Shown here piece after piece: positions 59,969-64,000 of a stretch of 64,000 nt of DNA. The DNA lies in NCBI GenBank assembly GCA_963674595.2, contig CAXXFV010000016.1:96001-160000 (forward strand), written 5' to 3'. Each line of letters starts with the position of its first letter. Position 1 is the first letter of the stretch. This DNA comes from a bacterium. Its GTDB lineage: Bacteria; Zhuqueibacterota; Zhuqueibacteria; Residuimicrobiales; Krinioviventaceae. Made by a program: the position numbers and the translations under genes. The notes below the pieces were generated by a model. That model was not told the origin of the DNA, did no database searches, and worked only from the letters and a program-made list of their open reading frames with translations.

Positions 59969-61000
59969 CTAATATTTACGGATATGAGTTAGTACTTTAC
60001 GATAAGCATTGAGGTCTGATAATACTTTACCAGTGCCGCGCGCAACAGCCAATAAAGGTTCTTCCGCAACGATAACCGGCAGGTTTGTTTCCTGTCTCAA
60101 TCGCTCGTCTAGCCCGGCAAGCATTGAACCACCACCTGTCATTAATATGCCGCGATCCAGAATGTCTGCGGATAATTCCGGCGGTGTTGTTTCCAGACAT
60201 AATTTTACGGAATCTACAATGGCGTTAACGGTTTCTGTTAATGCCTCCTGGACCTGTTTTGCTGTAATCGATACGGTTTTTGGAATTCCGGCAACAAGGT
60301 CCCGTCCTTTAACAGACAAAGAAGCTTTATTTTCATGCGGGGCCGCAGAACCGATTTCACATTTTATATTTTCTGCTGTATTTTCACCAATTAATAAATT
60401 GAATTTCTTTTTAAAATATTGAACGATGGCATCATTCATTTCATCGCCGCCGATTCGGATAGAGATGGAATTGACGATACCAAAAAGGGATATTACGGCG
60501 ATTTCCGTTGTACCACCACCAATGTCTATAACCATACTGCCGACAGGTTCATCGACCGGTAATCCGATACCGATTGCGGCAGCCATAGGCTCTTCTATTA
60601 AATAAACTTCGCGGGCACCGGCGTGTTCCGCCGAATCTCGAACGGCCCTTTTTTCTACTTCCGTTATTCCTGAGGGTACACAAATAGCTATGCGCGGTCT
60701 GGGAACACGGGTTGGAACAGCTTTACGTACAAAGTAACGTATCATTTGTTCCGCAAGGTCAAAATCTGCAATCACACCGTCTTTGAGGGGGCGTATTGTT
60801 ATAATTTCTCCGGGTGTTCTTCCGACCATTTCTTTTGCTTCATGTCCAAAAGCAACAATGTCCTGATTGCGTTTGCTGATAGCAACAACAGAGGGTTCGT
60901 TTAAAACGATATCCTGATTTTTTGCATAAACTAATGTATTAGCCGTACCAAGATCTATTGCCAGATCATTAGATAACATATTTCCAAAGTTGAATTTCAT
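59969..61000 (-). CDS. mreB: Rod shape-determining protein MreB
   Basis: DLGTANTL, RPLKDGVIADF, EEPMAAAIG, DIGGGTTE, TGGG. Confidence 0.97.
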   Translation of the reverse strand: MKFNFGNMLSNDLAIDLGTANTLVYAKNQDIVLNEPSVVAISKRNQDIVAFGHEAKEMVGRTPGEIITIRPLKDGVIADFDLAEQMIRYFVRKAVPTRVPRPRIAICVPSGITEVEKRAVRDSAEHAGAREVYLIEEPMAAAIGIGLPVDEPVGSMVIDIGGGTTEIAVISLFGIVNSISIRIGGDEMNDAIVQYFKKKFNLLIGENTAENIKCEIGSAAPHENKASLSVKGRDLVAGIPKTVSITAKQVQEALTETVNAIVDSVKLCLETTPPELSADILDRGILMTGGGSMLAGLDERLRQETNLPVIVAEEPLLAVARGTGKVLSDLNAYRKVLTHIRKY

Positions 61001-61064
61001 GACTGTCCTTTACGTACTTGGGAGTCAAGGGGGTATCTTTATTAATAAAGGAAAACAATAAAAC

Positions 61065-61664
61065 TTAATTGTTTTCGGCAAGATAATTTGTTATTGTCGA
61101 ATCATATTGACTTGTTCGCTTAAAAGCCGCCGTTGCCAGTTTTTTACGCGTTTCAAGGGAAACTGTTCCATCATTTTCGAGTTCCGTGATTATGCCGGCA
61201 TACTGTTCCGGATTTGTAACAACAGCAACACCGGGAAAATTTTTTGCCGATGCACGGATCATACAAGGACCGCCTATATCAATGTTTTCCAGGGCATCAT
61301 CCAAAGTAACATCCGGTTTAGCAATGGTTGCTTCAAAAGGATATAAATTCACAACGACCATATCAATAGGTGTAATATTGTGACTAATCAATTCCTGCAT
61401 TTGACCGGCATCATTTCGTTTGGCGAGAATGCCGCCGTGGATGTTCGGATGCAGCGTTTTTACACGTCCGCCTAAAATTTCCGGAAAATTGGTTACATCA
61501 GAAACAGGTGTCACCGGAATGTTGTTTTCTTTCAAATGACGGGCTGTTCCTCCGGTCGATAAAATTTCTACATTGTTTTTAACCAGGATTTTCACAAAGT
61601 CTAAAAGTCCGGTTTTATCATAAACGCTTACCAGCGCACGTTTTATTTTTATTTTATCTGTCAT
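61065..61664 (-). CDS. purH: Stand-alone IMP cyclohydrolase (N-terminal half of PurH)
   Basis: [44 protein letters not shown]. Only 199 aa. Confidence 0.9.
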   Translation of the reverse strand: MTDKIKIKRALVSVYDKTGLLDFVKILVKNNVEILSTGGTARHLKENNIPVTPVSDVTNFPEILGGRVKTLHPNIHGGILAKRNDAGQMQELISHNITPIDMVVVNLYPFEATIAKPDVTLDDALENIDIGGPCMIRASAKNFPGVAVVTNPEQYAGIITELENDGTVSLETRKKLATAAFKRTSQYDSTITNYLAENN

Positions 61665-61814
61665 ATAATCCTCTCCCGGATTGAATTTTAAAAATTATCA
61701 AACGGTAATATAATGATTTTTTTTACTTCAAGCAACACTGGAAATTTTAGTTGAATGAATAATGAGGAAGAGTGTGGAGGTTGTATTACAGTATTATATG
61801 CAACAGTAAATTTT

Positions 61815-62459
61815 TTATTCTTTGTTATAATCAAGTATATTTACTTTTCTTCCACAAATTTCAATACGTTTTTCGGCAAATAACTGGATAGCTTTTGAGA
61901 AAATTTCATGTTCCACGGTAAGCACGCGTGCCGCTAATGTATCAGGCGTGTCATCGTTTAAAACGGGAACACATTTTTGCATAATCGGTGTACCGGTATC
62001 GTATTCATCATCAACCAAATGGACTGTTGCGCCGGAGACTTTACATCCATATTCCAGAACTGCTTCGTGGACAAAATGTCCGTAAAGTCCTTTGCCGCCA
62101 AAAGAAGGAAGTAATGCAGGATGTATATTTAAAATTTTATTTTTAAACTGACGTATGACCGTATCAGGAATTTTTTTCAGATAACCGGCCAGAACAATCA
62201 TGTCTGTATCATGCTGTTTGAGGATGGTCAGCATTTTGTCTGCAAAATCCTGTTCATTTTCAAACTGAATTTGAGATAAATGATAGGCCGGAATGTTTCT
62301 GTTTTTCGCTGTTTCCAGGGCGCCCGCTTTGGATTTGTTGCTGATGACAGCAACGACCGTTGCATTTAGCGAACCGTTTTCTATATTTTTCAGGATCGCT
62401 TCCAGATTGGATCCTTTGCCTGATGCAAACGCGGTGATACGAATTGGATTGTTTTTCAT
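61815..62459 (-). CDS. purN: Phosphoribosylglycinamide formyltransferase
   Basis: SGKGSNL, LAGY, NIHPALLP, GATVHLV...YDTG, EH. Confidence 0.97.
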   Translation of the reverse strand: MKNNPIRITAFASGKGSNLEAILKNIENGSLNATVVAVISNKSKAGALETAKNRNIPAYHLSQIQFENEQDFADKMLTILKQHDTDMIVLAGYLKKIPDTVIRQFKNKILNIHPALLPSFGGKGLYGHFVHEAVLEYGCKVSGATVHLVDDEYDTGTPIMQKCVPVLNDDTPDTLAARVLTVEHEIFSKAIQLFAEKRIEICGRKVNILDYNKE

Positions 62460-63394
62460 TGTTTGACGGCAGCCTCCAAAAAATGAATTTTTTTTGTTGA
62501 GGTATCTATTTCAATTTGGCATCCAAGCGGCATGGTAAATTTACTGATCCCATGTCCATAGGGAACATTGGCCACAATTGGAATATCGTATTGTTCTAAT
62601 AAATCATTTAATATTTGTTCAAATTCAAGTGAATTTCCGTTACCGGATGAACAATTTACAAAATCTCCCAGTATTAGTCCATTAATTTTTTTCAAGATAC
62701 CGGCGTTTTTTAAATGCGTTAAATTACGATCTATTTTGTACCAGTTTTCACCGATCTCCTCCAGTAAAAGAACAGCGTTATTCATGTTCGGTATAAAGGG
62801 TGTGCCGAGTAAATTGACGAAAATTGACAGACAACCGCCAATTAAACGACCTTTACAGCGGCCCGGTTTTATTATTTTAATCGGAGGATCATCAAGGTTT
62901 ATATCATGAACGGGATGGCCGTGTAATGCGTTCCATAAACTGGCCTCTGTCAACGAATCCATGGGTTTTCCCAATTCAATAGCCGGCATGGGACCGGATA
63001 GGCTCACCAAACCTGTTTGTGCAAAGATTGCCAATTGCAGGGCTGTGATATCGCTATAGCCGACAATAATTTTAGGGTTGTTTTTTATTAAATCGTAATC
63101 AATTTTATCCAGCAATCTGCCGGAGCCATAACCACCCCGGGTGCAAAAAACAGCCTTGACTTTTTTATCCGAAAACATATTGTGCAAATCTTGCAAACGC
63201 TGTTCATCTGAACCGGCCAAATAACCATACTCATTCAGGTAATGATTTCCTGATTTTATTTTGTACCCGCAATTTTCAAGATATTGTATTCCCTGTGAGA
63301 GAATTGTTTTTTTCTCACCGTATGCCGGGCCGGCCGGTGATATAATACCAATTAAATCGCCTTTGACGAGTTTGGATGGTTTTATGGTGACCAT
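62456..63394 (-). CDS. ldcA: LD-carboxypeptidase (S66)
   Basis: RGGYG, GYSDIT, GGCL, LEE, GH; Ser-Glu-His triad present. Confidence 0.92.
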   Translation of the reverse strand: MVTIKPSKLVKGDLIGIISPAGPAYGEKKTILSQGIQYLENCGYKIKSGNHYLNEYGYLAGSDEQRLQDLHNMFSDKKVKAVFCTRGGYGSGRLLDKIDYDLIKNNPKIIVGYSDITALQLAIFAQTGLVSLSGPMPAIELGKPMDSLTEASLWNALHGHPVHDINLDDPPIKIIKPGRCKGRLIGGCLSIFVNLLGTPFIPNMNNAVLLLEEIGENWYKIDRNLTHLKNAGILKKINGLILGDFVNCSSGNGNSLEFEQILNDLLEQYDIPIVANVPYGHGISKFTMPLGCQIEIDTSTKKIHFLEAAVKQ

Positions 63395-63419
63395 TATTTA
63401 TCCGATTAAGGGTATTAAT

Positions 63420-63443
63420 AAAAAGAGCCCGTATTCGGGCCCT
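63420..63443 (-). terminator. Possible intrinsic terminator
   Basis: Minus strand GAGGCCCG-aata-CGGGCTC-TTTTT. Confidence 0.5.
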
Positions 63444-63461
63444 CAAGTTTATTGGTTATGT

Positions 63462-64000
63462 TTAACGTAAAAATCGTTGTATTTCATAAATTGACAGCGG
63501 ATCAATTAAACGATAATCCCCGAAACCGGAATAGTCCATAAAATCAAAGCGACGGTTTAACCAATAATAGTACCAAAGTTCATAGGGTTTGGTTGATTGG
63601 GGATATGCATTACGGTCAATATCATCCGGCGCTCCAAGTAAAATATAAATCATACCCATATCAGTTTTCCAGCCTTCTCTTCTCATGACTGAAAAGTTTT
63701 GATTGGCAAAATCAATGCGTTGATAATGGGCTTCCATGGCTTCGTTTAGTTCCGTTCCCGGTGTTGGGTCATGACGTTTCCAGAATTTTTTATATTCTTC
63801 GAGTTTTTTATTGCCTTTGGCTTTTTTCAGCGCTTGCCACTCTTTTTTGGTGGAAATATACTTGATTTGTTCTATGGCTGTGTCCAGGTCTTTTGCACTT
63901 TGCGGGAGTTCTCGCCAGCGTGCATAAAAATTCTTTTCAATTTTTACGTCATCTTTGCCATGGATTTTAATTTCCAGTTTATATTTATCATGGATCAGGC
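63462..64000 (-). CDS. GWxTD-domain protein, 5'-partial
   Basis: Frame open to the window edge; FWKRHDPTPGTELNE and GWKTDMG.IYI.LG.PD. Confidence 0.9.
   Translation of the reverse strand, partial: LIHDKYKLEIKIHGKDDVKIEKNFYARWRELPQSAKDLDTAIEQIKYISTKKEWQALKKAKGNKKLEEYKKFWKRHDPTPGTELNEAMEAHYQRIDFANQNFSVMRREGWKTDMGMIYILLGAPDDIDRNAYPQSTKPYELWYYYWLNRRFDFMDYSGFGDYRLIDPLSIYEIQRFLR

Noticed and set aside
1-64000. Numerous 60-170 aa antisense or overlapping ORFs in the track
   Set aside because: They are shadows of well-supported genes, with no SD or motif support. The exceptions are the frameshift fragments used above.
1-64000. rRNA, tRNA, CRISPR array, prophage or IS element
   Set aside because: None recognised by eye. 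A covariance-model scan would be needed to exclude small ncRNAs.

Overview
A 64-kb stretch of bacterial chromosome, gene-dense and roughly 40% GC by eye. The gene content (PorV-like barrel, FlgD-Ig/T9SS-type C-terminal sorting domains, a GWxTD protein, several Tat-exported hydrolases) points to an FCB-group diderm such as KSB1 or Calditrichota; this is inference. From left to right: carbohydrate, sulfate and phosphate scavenging enzymes; pepD; an sqr-DUF1641-tusE/dsrC-dsrE2 sulfur module; a MacAB-like adaptor with two permeases; two divergent T9SS-type cargo genes, one about 2,190 aa and coupled to a PorV-like barrel; a VmlR-like ABC-F with an overlapping leader ORF; a VapBC-type toxin-antitoxin pair; a URO-D/MtaA-like gene with an SSS transporter and a small membrane protein; a metal-uptake operon; a JAB-DinG helicase with a beta-CASP nuclease; and a housekeeping block (pdxTS, PBP1A, mreB, half purH, purN, ldcA, GWxTD). 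I saw no rRNA, tRNA, CRISPR array or transposase. The best candidate for an undescribed system is 44413-49117: a His-rich membrane leader ending in the RAPP ribosome-arrest motif, a structured spacer, then porin + SBP + two permeases with no ATPase. Second best is the uORF and SD-sequestering hairpin upstream of the ABC-F. Several frameshifts (6.5-7.9 kb, 13.3 kb, 32.05 kb) are probably sequencing indels. All family calls come from motif recognition, not database searches.
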